A stretch of 64,000 bases of DNA from the human T2T-CHM13v2.0 reference genome, Homo sapiens (GCF_009914755.1 NC_060939.1), one strand, 5' to 3'. Shown: positions 1-17,409, counted from the stretch's first letter. Notes: generated by a model from the letters alone, not told the origin. Program-made: numbers and translations.

Positions 1-2939
<2,939 letters not shown>

Positions 2940-2940
<1 letters not shown>

Positions 2941-3895
2941 GAGATGGCTGAGTGGATCCAAGAGTCACATGCCTGATCACCTCAGAGAGGCCTCTGTGTG
3001 ACTGAATATTCTACCTTTTGATGTTTAGAAGGTACAAAGGATAGTCCAGCCACAGTCTCAGGTTTTTCCAGAACACATTTTTCTGACTGAATTTCCTAAA
3101 TTTAGCATCTTTAGCAATCTGGATGTGCTGAAAATTTCTCATATCATGAAATCCTGGTTCCTTTTTGCTTAGCAGTTTATCTCCTCAATGTATCTCTTTC
3201 CTATCACATTTTGCTATTGGCATCAAGAAGAAACCAGGTTGCTCCTTCAACAGGTTGCTTCTTTCTAACTGTGCTTGGAAATCTCCTCACCTAAATATAC
3301 AACTCATTGTTTACAAATTCTGCATTCCACATGACAGTCTAACACAGTTCTGCTAAGCTTCCTGCCACTGTACAGCAAGAAGTCTTTTCCCCCAGTTTCC
3401 AAGAACATGTTCTTCATCTCTTTCTGCACTGTCACCACCAATATTTCTACCAAGAATGTGTTTACGATGATTTATGTATACTCCAAGATGATGTAGATTT
3501 TCTCTACTGTGCTCCTCACTTCCTCTGAGTCCTCATTACCAGAGTTGCTAGTGACCATATTGGTACTCAAAATCTTTCCAGGCCAATCTAGGCTTTTTCT
3601 AACGTGGTCCTCAAAATGCTTCTAGTTTTTGCCCATGCCCAAAGGCGGAACCCCACTCCAGGTACCAAATATGTGTTAATTTCATATTACTCCTGTAACA
3701 AACTACCAAAAACTTAGTGGCTTAAAACAACACAAATTTATTATTTTCAGTTTGGGTGGCCAGGAGTCGAAAATGGCTCTTACCAGGCTAAAATCAACAT
3801 GTCAGGAAACCTGTGTTTCTTCAGTAGGTTCTAGGAGATGCCTTTCCTTGCCAGCTTTTAGAGGCTGTCCACATTCCCCTGGACATTCTCCTTCA
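2940..3895 (-). mobile_element. MaLR MLT1-type LTR (~3672-3895) with adjoining internal sequence
   Basis: ccccactccaggtaccaaata junction followed by ...gtaacaaactaccaaaaacttagtggcttaaaacaacacaaatttatt, the reverse complement of an MLT1 LTR 3' end. Confidence 0.7.
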
Positions 3896-5379
3896 GCTGT
3901 TGCCTGGCCTTGGCTAATTTTCAGAGTTCCGAAAAGGTTGATTTTGATATTTTTTGCCAATGTTCTCTTTGCCTTTATGGAGAAGTGGATTTTCAGACGT
4001 CTTTACTCTGTCATTCTGGAAGAGCTTCCCCTCTGGTGGCTCTTTTTAAATCTAATTAATCAAAATGATCCCCTAATTCAACAGATGCCATGTAGCCCTC
4101 CATGAGTTTAGGGCTAGTATTGTATGTGTGTCGATATGGTTCATATGGCAAACAATTGCTCTATCGCTATGGAAAGAGGCTGCTGAATAAATCAGTACAA
4201 GGTATGTGGAAATCCTCACAGGCCACCTGCCTCCAAAGATGCTGACTCTGAACTTTCTGGGGAATCACAGTCATAAATCATTTATTAGACTCTCAAACTT
4301 TCTGAAAAAGGTGAATTTCAAGTCGACCTTGTGTCCTGTTTACAAACACTAAAAAGCTAAGATTAATAATTTTCTAGCAAATGTTTACCTCCCCCCAAAT
4401 GTTTAGGAAACACAATTCTTATAGGACTTTACACGAGCTCTTTTATTTGTAGCATTTTCCTCATTAGTTATCCATGTCAGCGCTGCTATGGAAAGGCCGT
4501 GATCTGACCCAGGAAATACATTTTTATAGCAAATTTCATGCAGCTGATTTCTGGCTTCACTAAAGCTTTTTAATAAACATGGAAATTGCTGGAGTGACAC
4601 TATATTCACACACGTTATAAGTGGCCCAGAATAATGCACAGCATATTGATGCAGATGTTAACAGCAGATTCATTTAGTGTGTTTTAAGTTTGTGTTTGTG
4701 GCTATGAAAATGGTGGGACAATGAACATTTATGGATAATCATTTTGTCAAATAAAATTCTAAAAAATAACTTGTCCTTTGAGAACCGGCAGAATTCAAGC
4801 ACAGAGCAAAAGAAACGTTTAACTTACACAAAGAGGTCTGTACTATACCATTGATCACCTGGGTTCCATCTCTTCAGCCTTTTTGGCCTTTATAGTATGT
4901 AGTGAACAGTGAATGATTTGAAACATTTCATATTTTACATAAAATAATTCATAATAAATAATTATACATTATATATATAATTATCAAATCCAGAATGCAG
5001 AAATAATCTAATTCATGTTGACTACCTCTTAAAATGAAAACAAATGATAGCACATAATATAACTTACCCAAATAAAGTATAAGTCTGTGGAAATAACAAC
5101 AGTCCCTTCATATTCCATCAGAGCCGTTGCCACTGGCCATTGAGGGCAGTGAACACCTGGCCAGAGCAGCAGTATGAGGCATAGAGTAGGCAGGGAGTGG
5201 AAGGAGCAGTGCCTCCCCTCTGGTGGCTTTGGTTTGGAGGGTCTTCTTTGACGTCTAACAGGAGAAAAGGTATCTTCCTGCATCCTGCCTTAATAATTCC
5301 CCTTTGGCAAGTAGCTGGAGTCCGACTGAAGGTTAGCCATGTGTCCATCTATGCATTTACTTCAGTTTCCTTCCTGCTC

Positions 5380-6055
5380 TCATCTTTCCACTTCTCTCCA
5401 ATCCAACAGGCCAAGAAGCCCTGATACCCCAGCTGTTCACGCAACATGCCAAGCTCTCTCTGTGCCAGGCCTTTGTGCTCACTCCCCTCTCTTTCTGGAC
5501 CACTCTTCCCTTGAATATGCAGGACCTGTGCCCCACTTTTGTAGGTCTCTTCTGGAAGTTTTCCTTGTCCTAAGGGTCTTCCCCATCACCCTATATAACA
5601 GATCAGTGTCCTTTTATACTATTTTATATAGTCTTTTATATTTTATATATAATTATATAAATTATATTATACTATTTTATATACTCTTCCCCCTTTTATA
5701 CTATTTTATTTTTCCCTCTAGCAGAGTTTTGCAAGTGTCTACAAATGGTAAAATAGTAAATATTGTTATTTACTTTTTTAAGCCGTTTTGGGCCGTATGG
5801 TCTCTCTTGCAACTACTGAACTCTGCCATTGTAGTGTATGTGTAAATAAATAAATGTGTGTTGCTCTGTTTTAATAAAACTTTATTTACAAAAAATGAGT
5901 GGAGACCAGATTTTGCACACAGCCATGGTGCACTGACCCTGCTTCTGGGCTTGCACATTCTGCCACTGAGGATTATTGCTGTTTTTAAATTGTCTGTCTC
6001 TGACCACCAGAATATAGGTGCTCAATAAATAGGTTGAGTGTATGAGGAATGAATA
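5380..6055 (+). mobile_element. L2 3' end, interrupted by MER58A
   Basis: Ends taggtgctcaataaataggttgagtg..gaatgaat, the L2 terminus. Confidence 0.65.
5723..5941 (-). mobile_element. MER58A-like hAT-Charlie MITE
   Basis: gggccgtatggtctctcttgcaactactgaactctgccattgtag...aataaaactttatttacaaaaa matches MER58A reverse complement. Confidence 0.8.
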
Positions 6056-6369
6056 GAGGGTGTACTTTAAATATTAAAATATTTATGCTAGTCTCTCGTT
6101 ATCTTATCTGGGTCAAGTAACTTAAGTTTACGGTATTGGAATCACCACTGAGGCCTACTAAAGTGATTATTCTAAACCCGGAGAGAGGCTAGCATCCAGA
6201 ATTTATAGGCTTCATGCCTCTAAGCTATGTCCATTAGCCATTCTTTAAACATTTATTAGAAATTCCATAAACAGTCCTGTGACCCCTCCCCTGTATCAGG
6301 TATGAGGTGGGGAAAGCAGGATCCAACTTGCCTCTGGCTGCTCTATTCCCTGGGCTCTGGGAATGGCAC

Positions 6370-7260
6370 AGGGTCAGGGAGAGGCCAGAGTGGTGTTACC
6401 AGTACCAGGTGATGGGACTTTGTTCAACTAGCATAGTGCGGTAGAGATGGAAAGCAGTGACAAGATTCAATATAGATATGGGGATTAGTCCTGATGGCAA
6501 TTGCTGATGAGTGTCTTCGTCAGGTCAGGCTGCTACAGTAGAATACCAAAGACTGGGGGGCTTAAACAACAAATATTCATTTCTCACAATTCTGGAGGCT
6601 GGGAAGTTCAAGATCAAGGCACTAGCAGATTAGACGTCTGGTGAGGGCCCACTTCCTGGTTTGCTAATGGCTGTCTTCAGAGAAAGGAAACAAGCTCTTT
6701 CTGTCTCTTCTTATAATAAGGGCACTAATCCCACTTGTGGGGGGAAGGGGCTGCATCCTCATGACTTTGTCACCTCCCAAAGGTAACACCTCCAAATACC
6801 ACTGGGAATTCGGATTTGAGCACATGAATTTTGGAGGGATGCAAACATTCAGTCCATGGCAAATGAGAGATGGGTGTTACAGAGGAGATGAATAAAAAGT
6901 ACTGCACATTCACTTTTGGCTTCAACACCGGACATGTACAGTTACCATTTACTGAGATGGTAGATAGGTTTGTGGGGCAATGTCAAACATGTTGGACATA
7001 GTAACATGGTAACATGATTACTCTTGTTAAACATACAAGTGGAGATGCTGAGTTACTCACTGGTAGATTAACCTGGAGGGCTGGAAGAGTCTGAAGGAAA
7101 AATAATGTGACAATTGTCCACACATCCTTAGGAATTAAAGCCATGGGACTGAATGTGGCTCCTAGTGCAGATCAGAGCAACCAAGACCATGGCTGGGCTT
7201 CCCAGCATGAACTGGCCAAAAAGAGCAGTGCAAGGGATGGCAAGAAAAGAACAGAGAACA
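6370..7260 (-). mobile_element. L2 relic split by an MLT1A LTR
   Basis: Purine-rich antisense L2 motifs (gtagagatggaaagcagtgacaagattc; ccatttactgagatgg; caagtggagatg) on both sides of the LTR. Confidence 0.6.
6512..6861 (-). mobile_element. MLT1A-type solo LTR
   Basis: TG...CA ends, tttctcacaattctggaggctgggaagttcaagatcaagg core, ATGAG on both flanks. Confidence 0.85.
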
Positions 7261-7292
7261 TTCAGAGGGTTGGGAGAAAAAAACCAGGGGCA

Positions 7293-7437
7293 AGCCGGGC
7301 TTGGTGGCGTACACCTGTGGTCCCAGCTACACAGAAGGCTAAGGTGGGAGGATTGCTTGAGTCCAGGAGTTCAATGCTGCAGTGAGCTATGATAATGCCA
7401 CTGCACTCCAGCCTGGGTGAGACTCCTTCTCCGAAAA

Positions 7438-7477
<40 letters not shown>
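7293..7477 (+). mobile_element. Alu monomer (FRAM/AluJ right arm) with (GA)n microsatellite tail 7440-7477
   Basis: gccgggcttggtggc...ggaggattgcttgagtccaggagttc..gctgcagtgagctatgat; no left arm. Confidence 0.85.
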
Positions 7478-7480
<3 letters not shown>

Positions 7481-8134
7481 CCACATTCTCATGAGGACAT
7501 CAGCAGTGATATTTGTTTGTTTCCATGTTCTAATGGCTTAGCTTGGATAATGTTGGTTATCACCAAGCATCTTTTAAATTCGTCACAGACACACACATGC
7601 TAACCTGTTAAAATTGTAGCTGCTTAGAGAAATTGAAAAAAAAAATCAAAACTCAAACTTTAGAATGAACCTGCTCTCTGCTCACATGATTCAATTTATT
7701 TGGCAAACAAGTTTATATGTTTTAGAGTTGCTGAACACAGAACCCCTAAACATGTCTCTAATTAACAAATGGAGTAAAATTAAATTTTATTTTATGTTGG
7801 TATTTTTGGTACAAACAAATTTCTTTATTATCTGGAAAATAGATTGGTTGGAATTCCATTTCACTTAGAACAGAGGAAAATGGCTTTTTCTTCCACAGAT
7901 CTTTTTCTACTTTCAGATTCCCTCTACTCCTTGTCCCTGCTCACTTCCAGTAGAAGCATTTTTTTTCCAGTCATTCTTTTGTTCTGCATATACGTATAGA
8001 GCACCCATTATGTCCTGGCCCACAACAAAAACTAGACATGCATTGGAGAAAACTGGACATGGTCACTGCTACTCAGCGAAGCTGCCAGTCTGGAGAAGAT
8101 GCAGAAGTAAACACAGGATCTGGGCCTATGTAGG

Positions 8135-8549
8135 TGTTTTCATCCATTCGTGTTGCTGTAAGAGAATACCTAAGGCTGGGTGATTTATTTTTTAAGAAGG
8201 TTTATTTGGCTCATGGTTATGCAGGCTGTACAGGAAGCATGGCACCAGCATCTGCCTCTGCTGAGGGCCTCAGGGAGCTTCCACTTATAGCAGAAGGTAA
8301 GAGGGGTCCATGTGTGCAGAGATCCCATGGTGAGAAAAGAAGCAAGAGAGAGGAGGAGGTTCCAGGCTCTTTAAACAACCAGCTCTCTCCAAAACAAGTA
8401 TAGCCAGAACTCGCTCATCACTGACAGGAGGGCACTGAGACATTCATGAGGGATCCATCCCACAACCCAAACGCCTTCCAGCAGGCCCCAACATTGGGGA
8501 TCAGATTTCAACATGAGATTTGGAGGGGACAAATATCCAAAAGATATCA
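8135..8549 (-). mobile_element. MST (MSTB-like) MaLR solo LTR
   Basis: ggtttatttggctcatggttatgcaggctgtacaggaagcatggcaccagcatctg...gagatttggaggggacaaatatccaaa; TG..CA ends. Confidence 0.85.
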
Positions 8550-11019
8550 GAAGCTCCAGGGATCCAAGATGGGCTGCTGAAGGAGACAGTCTTCCTGCAT
8601 GAACAGGATTTCTGTACGCTAAGTCAGAAGCCAGCCAGGTTCCACTCTCCTGAAAATAGCGTGGGATTATTTAACTGGCACTGGAATTTTTTACTTCTAA
8701 TAAATTTATCATTCACCAGAGACCTGTTTAGAATTTTCTTAATAGCTTAGCTAAATTTAAAGCTGCTTGCTAACAATTTTATGTGCATTTTACATTTTTA
8801 TGAAGAATTTCATAAAAAGTAAATAATACTTAAAAGTCAAAGTAAAATAAATACCTTGAAGTCCTGTGCTAACTTTCTAATGGTAATACATAGGCTGGCA
8901 TTGCCTACGAAGTCGGAGTGAACTTGGGAAAACTACGAAATGCTTCCAGCTCTGGAACAGTCACCCCACATCTCTGCTTGAGGCAGGGGAGGGCTGCCGT
9001 CTGCTCAGAGCCCACATTTGTGCAAACACGTCTCTCTGCATGCCAGCATCACCTTCAGAACAGGAGACTGCAGGGAGCCCGCCTCCTGCTCCTCCGGGTG
9101 TCCTTCTGCCTTGGAGATCTCTTTTACCGCCTGATGCACACTTCCAGAAGATGAATCACCAAGAGAATGCCAAGAGCTACGTTTTTCTTCAAAACAGCCA
9201 CTGTTGAATCTCAAAAATCATCATGAGTACATTATGATTTTCTATAACAAGTGGACCGTGACACCCAGCCAGGGTGCTTGGCCCAGGGCACCATGGAGCT
9301 TTCTCAGCCTCACCTGGAGGAGCCAGGTGTCTGTTGTCTCCCTGGTGGCTCTGACTCTGCTCTGCTCCGGGAAGCACTTCCCAGCCCAGTGCTGGAATTT
9401 CAGACTAAGTGCTGGGAGCATGTTCAGAGTGCACACAGCATTCGGTGGAGAAAGCCTGGGGAGAGCTGAATACCTGGGGAAAGAGGCCAACAGGAAAAGC
9501 CACCTTGTTTTTGCTGTTAACTTTCTCCTCCTCCTCTCTACTTCTAATGCAAGGGCCTCCTCCAAGGTCAGAACCAGCAGCCTCCATTTCCTGTGGTTGA
9601 TCTTGATGCTAACAGGAACTCCTCCAAACGGGAGATGAATCATGGTAATCACAATACTCCCCCAAGTCAGGTCCCTGGGGTGCGACTTTCTTCTCAACAG
9701 CATGAGAGGAAAACTGCATTTTCTGGTTAAAAAGTAGAGTTGGACAAAGGAGAGATGGGTGGATGGTGGAAGCGAAAAGTCTTATTGAAAACACTTGATT
9801 ATATGATTACATTGGGCTAAAGCATGTAACTCTCATTTCCAGTAGATAATACACTGTTTGAAATGAGAAACCAAAACACAAGTCATCTTACTGCAGATTG
9901 ATGTTGATCATCTGTCCCCCTACAGACAAACACTACCTCAGAATCATTCCCTACACCATTTCTCAGGTGTTTATGAACTGACATCAAAAATAGTGATTCC
10001 CACGGGGGTCCATGTATGTATTGTGGTCCATGATCCTCCCAGGGCTGGCTGGACAGTGGTAGTCTCTTGCCCTAGGCCTTTGCAGTCTCTGGACCCTCTG
10101 CTAGCTGTGCTGTTTCCACGTGGTCTTGCTCAAGACAGTGTACACAGCACACAACACAGTTCTAGCCATCATAGCTGCAGGCACGTTCTATTTTTTTCTC
10201 TCTGAGATTGCAACTGGAATTTGGGATCTCCCAACTCTATTTCCAGACAGATCACTGGGTTATTAGTCCAGGTGATAAATCTCGTCATTTAGGGGTAGAC
10301 GGCACCAGTATAACCCGCAGGGCATAACATGTGTGATCTGGCACCAGAGACCTTATTGCGTTCCCATGCCTCTGCATCCCTCACTGCATGTGTTAGACCT
10401 CTGTCATGTATGAATTATGCCTGTCTGTGGCCTATGTGCACATCCCTGAATGGTGCACTTTGTGACTGAAGTGTCTCCCTCTGCCCGTCCCACTTCTCTC
10501 CAGATTCCCACCCATCCTGGGCATCTGCACACACAGTGCTTCGAGGTGCTGATCTTTACAGGCACCGGCCCTGCCACCCTTTCCCCCATCCCCAACACTC
10601 TCAAAAATTCCTCTGGGCTTTCCCTGACAGGGCAATGCACCGTCTTAACTCATAGAATAACCATGAAAGATCTTTCCGCGTTGTACATGGGAACAAACCA
10701 GCTGCGGAGGATATTCCTGAGCCATTGTGATCCTTCATGCTAAAAAGCTCTACCTGCCTAGACAACATTTTTGTGACCCCTGCGATTCATGTGTATATAT
10801 TTGAGGTCTTCATCAGTGAACCTTTTTTCTCCACCAAGCTAGGCATATTGGTGAACCATTTGCGCCTTCTGGCTCCCAAATTCCTTTTCAGTAGTACTCA
10901 TCATTAGCTTTCTCATGGGCATTGGAATGTACCTGATGCCATCCGGAATATCAAAGTCCATCTGTTGGTGGCACTTCTCTTGGCTAAACATTCATAGGCC
11001 TGTGTGAATCTTTGTTCCT

Positions 11020-11205
11020 ATAACAGCTAATATTGAGGCAGGGCCTTTCCTGGGCCAGGCACGATCAACCATACTAAATATTCATTATCACCTAATCCTT
11101 GTATCACACCGATGAGGTCTGCATTTGTAATATTCCTTCTCTATTTTACAGTTACAGTAGCTGAGATGAGAGATTCATTATTTTGTCCAAGGCAAGGATG
11201 GAATT
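11020..11205 (-). mobile_element. MIR SINE
   Basis: gccaggcac...ctattttacag..agctgag..tgtccaagg core. Confidence 0.6.
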
Positions 11206-13441
11206 AGAGTTACTCCTTAAAGGCAATATCAATGGAACATAGTTAAGACTAGATCATAATTATTCGATTAATTATTCCATTACTGAAAGCTGTCCTACAA
11301 TGGAAGTTAAGTGATGATGTAAATAGTATACCCATGGGGTAAACCATAGATTTTAGCACAGAGGGCATGAGATTAGAGATAATCCTGCCTTGGTGTAAAG
11401 GACCTCAACTTTAAAGTTGCTACTCATCACAGCGAGGGATCTCCACAGTCTGTTTCAGTTCAAAATATGCCATCCCATCCCCACCTCTATCTCAGAAGCC
11501 CAAGTGAGAAAAAAAGATCAAGGGGTTGTTGTTTGTTTTTAAAATTATTATACAAAGGTACAGCAAAAAATAGGGCAGATACTTCTAATTTGTCTTGAGC
11601 ATTTATTTCAAGCATCCACTTTGCATGACTTCTGAAATATTGCTGCAATTTTCTTTTTCAAAGGAATGGAATACTGTAGAACATTTGTGCACTGTCAGTT
11701 TCCTGTACCTGCTGTAGGCTTAAATCTCTAGCAGGGAATATATTGTGTCATCCTAAATTTATCATGTTAAATTATTGATCCTTGTAAACCACGTGGCAGG
11801 TATTTTATTGCTTGGCTCTAGATTTAGCCAGCAAAGCACAGAACAGCTTTTGAGATGGTTTTGTTTCTTCATGTTTGACATGAAGAGCAGCCCTGGAAAG
11901 ATACCTGTGTCCCTGAATCTCCCACTGCAGAGCAATCAGGTATTCCCAACGCCTAGTCCCAAGAGGAGCATGATGATCAATCATGTCTCTTCTCCTCTCC
12001 TGGCATCACAGAGCAATTCCTGCAGACCCATCTTCATTCGCTCTGATGAGAACCAAAACCTGATCTGGAAAATCTTGGGGTCTTCCAATCTACCCTGAGA
12101 GCTTGTTCAAATCAGGGGGATTGGGGGAGGCAGGACAGGCCAGCCAGGGCCACCACTGAGACCCTTCCCCTGTGCTTTCTTCTCTGCGCCTTGACCTCCT
12201 GGGGAGAAGCAGGCATGCCCACACAGTCTACGGAGTTGTTCCCATGACACTCACAGATTTAATGTTATGTTTTTTTTAAAGCTTGTGATCAGGCTTGGCA
12301 ACCACTGGATTAAACACATTTCAACAAGGTTTGCTACTTCAGGATTACTCGCACCAGCTGTGAATGTTGGAGAGCATAATGTGCAGATTTCCCAAATTAT
12401 GTTGCCACAGACCCCTTTATAAAAAAGCAGTGGTGGGGCTTACACTATGGGACACCTTGAACCCAAGGCTAAGACCTACTGAAGCATGGCCAGGTTCAGA
12501 GAAGCCCAGTCTCCAGTGTTCCTCCCTGCCATGGACCTGCCAGGAGCTGAGGGTTTGGGAGATCTGAGTTCCTGGGGCTGCTGGGAGCTTGGGAGCAAGT
12601 CCACACCCAGCCTTGGCAGAGGGCACAGGTGATGCACCAAGCCGGGCTCTTGGTCTCAGCTCCTACTCCCCAGCCAGGCCCCATAGCCAGGATTCAGCTA
12701 AATCAGCTCCCCTTCATCTGAAGTGGCTTATACACACCACTTTCCCCTGAGAGCTCCACAAGAGGGATGCACTCCATACCCACAGCCTCAGGAAGATGGG
12801 CAATGCCTGGGCAGTTCTGAGGAGAAGCTGGCTGAGAGACGGACCAAAGGAGTGACAGAATACACTCCTGTGCACATGTCCGCCTTATAGCACACACAGA
12901 TGTGTGCTCCACAGCTCTGCTGCTCCGGGCGGCACAAGCCCTGGGGAGAGGAACCCACCAAAGGTGCCCAGCATACACGCATCCTAGTCCAGGCTTCTCA
13001 TCAAGCCACCTGAACAAAACCAGGCACCCTGGCAGCTAGAGCCCACATGTAGTCCCCTTATGCAAAGCGCACTTTGGAAACCAGTCAAGTGATCTCTTCC
13101 ACATATTCTGCCGTGTCTTCTAGTTTTCTTCCTCCTACAAGGAACTTCAAAGTTATTTTTTCGACTTTTTCTACAATCTGACCCCTTTATACAGAGAAGT
13201 TGAAATGGTGAGGGTGTCAATTCTAATAACATTTTTATATTTCAGAGGAATAGAGAAAAATAGTCCATACATACAATCATTTTCTTCCAAGGGGTAGAAC
13301 TTCAAGAGGTCAGTGCATCAGCTCAGCAAGGCAGATCAGCTGCCCAATGCCAGAGCCTTCCAATGAGGTTGCTCTGTGTGCCATCAGAGCGGGGACAGGG
13401 CCCTTTATGGCACCAGAGCTTGGCCCTCCCCAAATAAAGTC

Positions 13442-13710
13442 GGTTATGGGCTGCAATGCGGTCAGTCCCCCAAATCCCTGTGTTGAAGCCCTAACCCCCA
13501 GTACTTCAGAATGTGACTATATTTGGAGGTAGAGTCTTTAAAGAGGAAATTAAGTTAAAATGAGGTGATGAGCGTGGGCCCTAATCCAATAAAACTGGTG
13601 TCCTTTTAAGAGATTAGGACACCGATATACCCAAAGGGAAGACCCTGTGAGGACCTAGGAGGAAGACGACCATCTTCAAGCCAAGGGGAGAGGCCTCAGA
13701 AGGAGTCAGC
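13442..13710 (+). mobile_element. MLT1B LTR, 3'-truncated
   Basis: gttatgggctg...gttgaagccctaacccccagtacttcagaatgtgactatatttgga...caagccaaggggagaggcctcagaa; the 3' part containing the poly(A) signal is missing. Confidence 0.85.
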
Positions 13711-15291
13711 ATTAAATTAATAGGCCAATTTGCAAAGAATTGAGAATTCAAAAGCAATGAGTCTTTCCATGTGCTACATTGGTATATCTCTTTATTTAGT
13801 TAGGTCTTCTTTAATTTTTCTAAACAGTGTTCAGTATACAGGTCTTGCACCACACATTCTGTTAAAATTATCCATAAAATTTTCATGCTTATTACAAGTG
13901 GTATTGCACTTTAAAATTCATTTTGAATCATATATTGCTAATATTCTGTTTACTGACCTTGTACCTGTGACATTGCTAAGCTGTCACATAAATTTAAGTA
14001 ACCTTTTATAGATAAATTAAATATGTTCTACATACAGGATTATGTTTTGCTGCTTCTTTTCCAAAACACCTGCATTTTATTTCTTCTCCTTGTCTGATTG
14101 AACTTTCTAGAATGTCCAGCATAACACTGAATGAGAGTGGCAAGAGAAGATATCCTTCTCTTATTCATGATCTTAGAGGGAATGTTGGGAGCCTTTCATC
14201 ATTAAGTGTGATATTAGTTGGAGGGTTTTGTCAGGTACCCTTTATCAAGTTGAAGAAATTTCTTCTATTTCAAATTTGCCTGGAGGTTTTATAATGAACC
14301 GGTGTCAAATTTTGGGAAATGCTTTTACCTCATCTATTGAGATGATCATACTGTTTTCTCTTTTACTCTGTTAATAAGGTAAAACATATCTATTAATCAA
14401 CAAATGTTATAGTAATTTCCTGGGGTAATCATTTATTGCTATCATTTATTGCTAGATTCGGATAGTTAATATTTTGTTGAAGTGTTCATGTCAATTTCCT
14501 TTCTTGAAATATCATTATCTGGTTCTAGTGTCATGGCAATGCTATCCTCACAAAATTTGTTGGAAACAGTTGACTTTTCATGTTAACCTTCTGAGTGAAA
14601 GAATTTACTGTTATTTTTCTGAATTCTTAGGAAGTGGGATCAACTTCATCAATCATGTTTTTCAAATCTTCTTACTATGTAGTGATTTTTTTGTCTATTT
14701 ATTCAAAAAGTATATAAAGATCTTCCAAAATGATTGAGGATTTCTCTATTTCTACATGTGATTTTGTCCATTGAGGTTTATGCAAATTTAGAATTATCAT
14801 TAACTCCCCCAAATTAAAATATTTAACCACTATTAAATATTATTTATTTTCTCTTAAAGTCCATATATTGTAATGCTAATATGGGTACACATGCTTTATT
14901 TTGGTTAATGATGTCATGATATATTTTTTACCTTCACTGGACTTCGAAGTTTCTGTATCTTTATGTTTTAAATATGTTTCTTGAAAATAGTATATTGTTG
15001 ATTTTCAGGATTTCTCAAAGTTCAATCTGATAATCTTTGTCTTTTAATTATAGCTATTAGTCCTTTTTAATATATCTAATATGTTTGGACTTAAATCTGC
15101 CAGCTTACTATCAAATTTTTAATTTGCTCCACTTTGCTGTTTCTCCTCCTTTATTCTCTTCCTACTTTCTTTTGAATAGATTATATTTCGTCAGTTTACT
15201 TTCACTCTCTATTGGGAGTTATACAGTATCTTTTATACTTTAGAAGTTTGCTCATTCATCAATTGATGCACATTTCCAAAGCCAGCTTTAA

Positions 15292-15616
<325 letters not shown>

Positions 15617-16773
15617 ATGTTCAAGATTTTATGTAGACATGTTTTTATTTTACCTTGGCTAGAAGTGAAACTGCTGGGTCATACAGTATCTCCTTGCTTA
15701 ATCTCTTGAGGAACTGCCAGACTGTCTTCCAAAGTAGCTATATGATTTTACATACCCACCAGCAATTTATCCACCTCCTCATGAGCAGTTTTCATTTTTG
15801 ATTTTTATTAGAGCCATCCTGGTAAGTGTGAAGTGGCATCACTTTGTGGTTTTGATTTAAATTCCCTACATAGTCATTGATGTTGAGCATCTTTTTATGT
15901 GTTTATTGGCCACCTGTACATCTTCTTTGGAAAAATTATCTATTCCCATCTGCTGACCATTTTAAAATTGTACTATTTGTCTTTTATTACTAAGTTGTAG
16001 TGGTTTAAAATATGTCCTATATAGAAGTCCCTTATCAGATTATGTGGTTTGCAAACATTTGCTCCCATTCTGAGCATCATTTTTTCTCTTTCTTAATGAT
16101 AATTTTTGAGGTGCAAAATTTAAAATTTAATAAAGTGTATTTTTATATTTATATCTTTGGTGTCATATCTAAGAGGGTTTTTTTAACCTGAGACTTATTG
16201 CTGTGTTTTCTTCTGAAAGTTTTGCAGTACCAGTTATGTCCCATTTTGAATTCATATTTGCATATGGTGAGATGAAGTAGTCCAATTTCATTCTTTTTAG
16301 CATGTGGATATCCAATTGTGCCAGCACCATTTGTTGAAAAGACTTTTTTTTTTCCTATTGAATAGTCTTGGGACCCTTTGTAGGAACTAATTGGCTGTAA
16401 ATAAGAGGATTTATTTGTGAACTCTCAATTCTATTTTGTTGATCTATATTTCTATCCTGATTTCAGTACCACTTTTTTAATAACTCTAACTTTGCCACTA
16501 GGTTTGGAAATAAGAGAATTGTGAATTCTTCAACTTCATTCTTCTTTTTCTTTGTTTTAGCTATTCTGGGTCTCTTGCATTTTCATATGAATTTTAGAAT
16601 AATCTTGTCCATGTCTACACAAGAGTCAGCTAAGCTTTTCATATAAATTGCATCGTATCTATAGACTACTTTGAGTAGTATTATCATCTTAACAATATTA
16701 AATCTTCTGATCAATGAACATAGTATACCTTTTCATTTATTTAGGTCTTTAATTTCTTTAAAATATTTTGTAG

Positions 16774-17004
16774 GACATTCGTGTGCTTCTGATTTGATTG
16801 AAGATTGAATTAATGTCCTAACACCAGACCGACCCCTGAAATATCTTAGGAAACACAAGTGCAATAGCATTCCAAATGAAAGCAATTTTCTTATCTTGCT
16901 GTTTTCAGCCACCGTCCATATATCAGCATGAAGGAAAATATTCATTTAAATGAGACAAGACTGTTACATTATCTATATGTTTTCATAAAAATTTCTAGCA
17001 GAAA
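16774..17004 (+). pseudogene. Orphan retroposed insert of unknown source (3' UTR retrocopy or transduction)
   Basis: Non-L1 sequence interrupting L1; flanks aaaatattttgtag (16760-73) and aaaaaattttgtag (17005-18); CATAAA at 16984 followed by an A-run. Confidence 0.55.
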
Positions 17005-17409
17005 AAAAAATTTTGTAGTTTTCAGAGTATAAAATTTTTACTTATTTTGTTTAATTAATCTTATGTATTTTATTCTTTTTGAGGCTATTGTAACTGGAAT
17101 TGTTTTCTTAATTTTATTTTTGGAATGGTATTGTTGTTTATATAAATACAATTTGGGAATTCTTGTTGATCTCATTGGACAGGTGTGCTCAAGTATTACT
17201 AGGATGGATGACTCTTTTAGAGACAGAAAGACTTTCTGAATCCAGGGGAGTCAGTGGCCCTCCATTGAGGCTCAGTTTTAAAAAGCACAGAGGAAGCTAG
17301 AAATATGGCATTCTGTGAGAATACACATACACCCCCAACACACATTCACACACATATACTCATGCCCGCACCGACTCACACACTTTGTGCCTTACTTCTC
17401 CACACAGAG

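Noticed and set aside
9204-9703. Overlapping 144- and 153-aa ORFs on opposite strands
   Set aside because: Non-ATG starts, no recognisable domain, lengths expected by chance.
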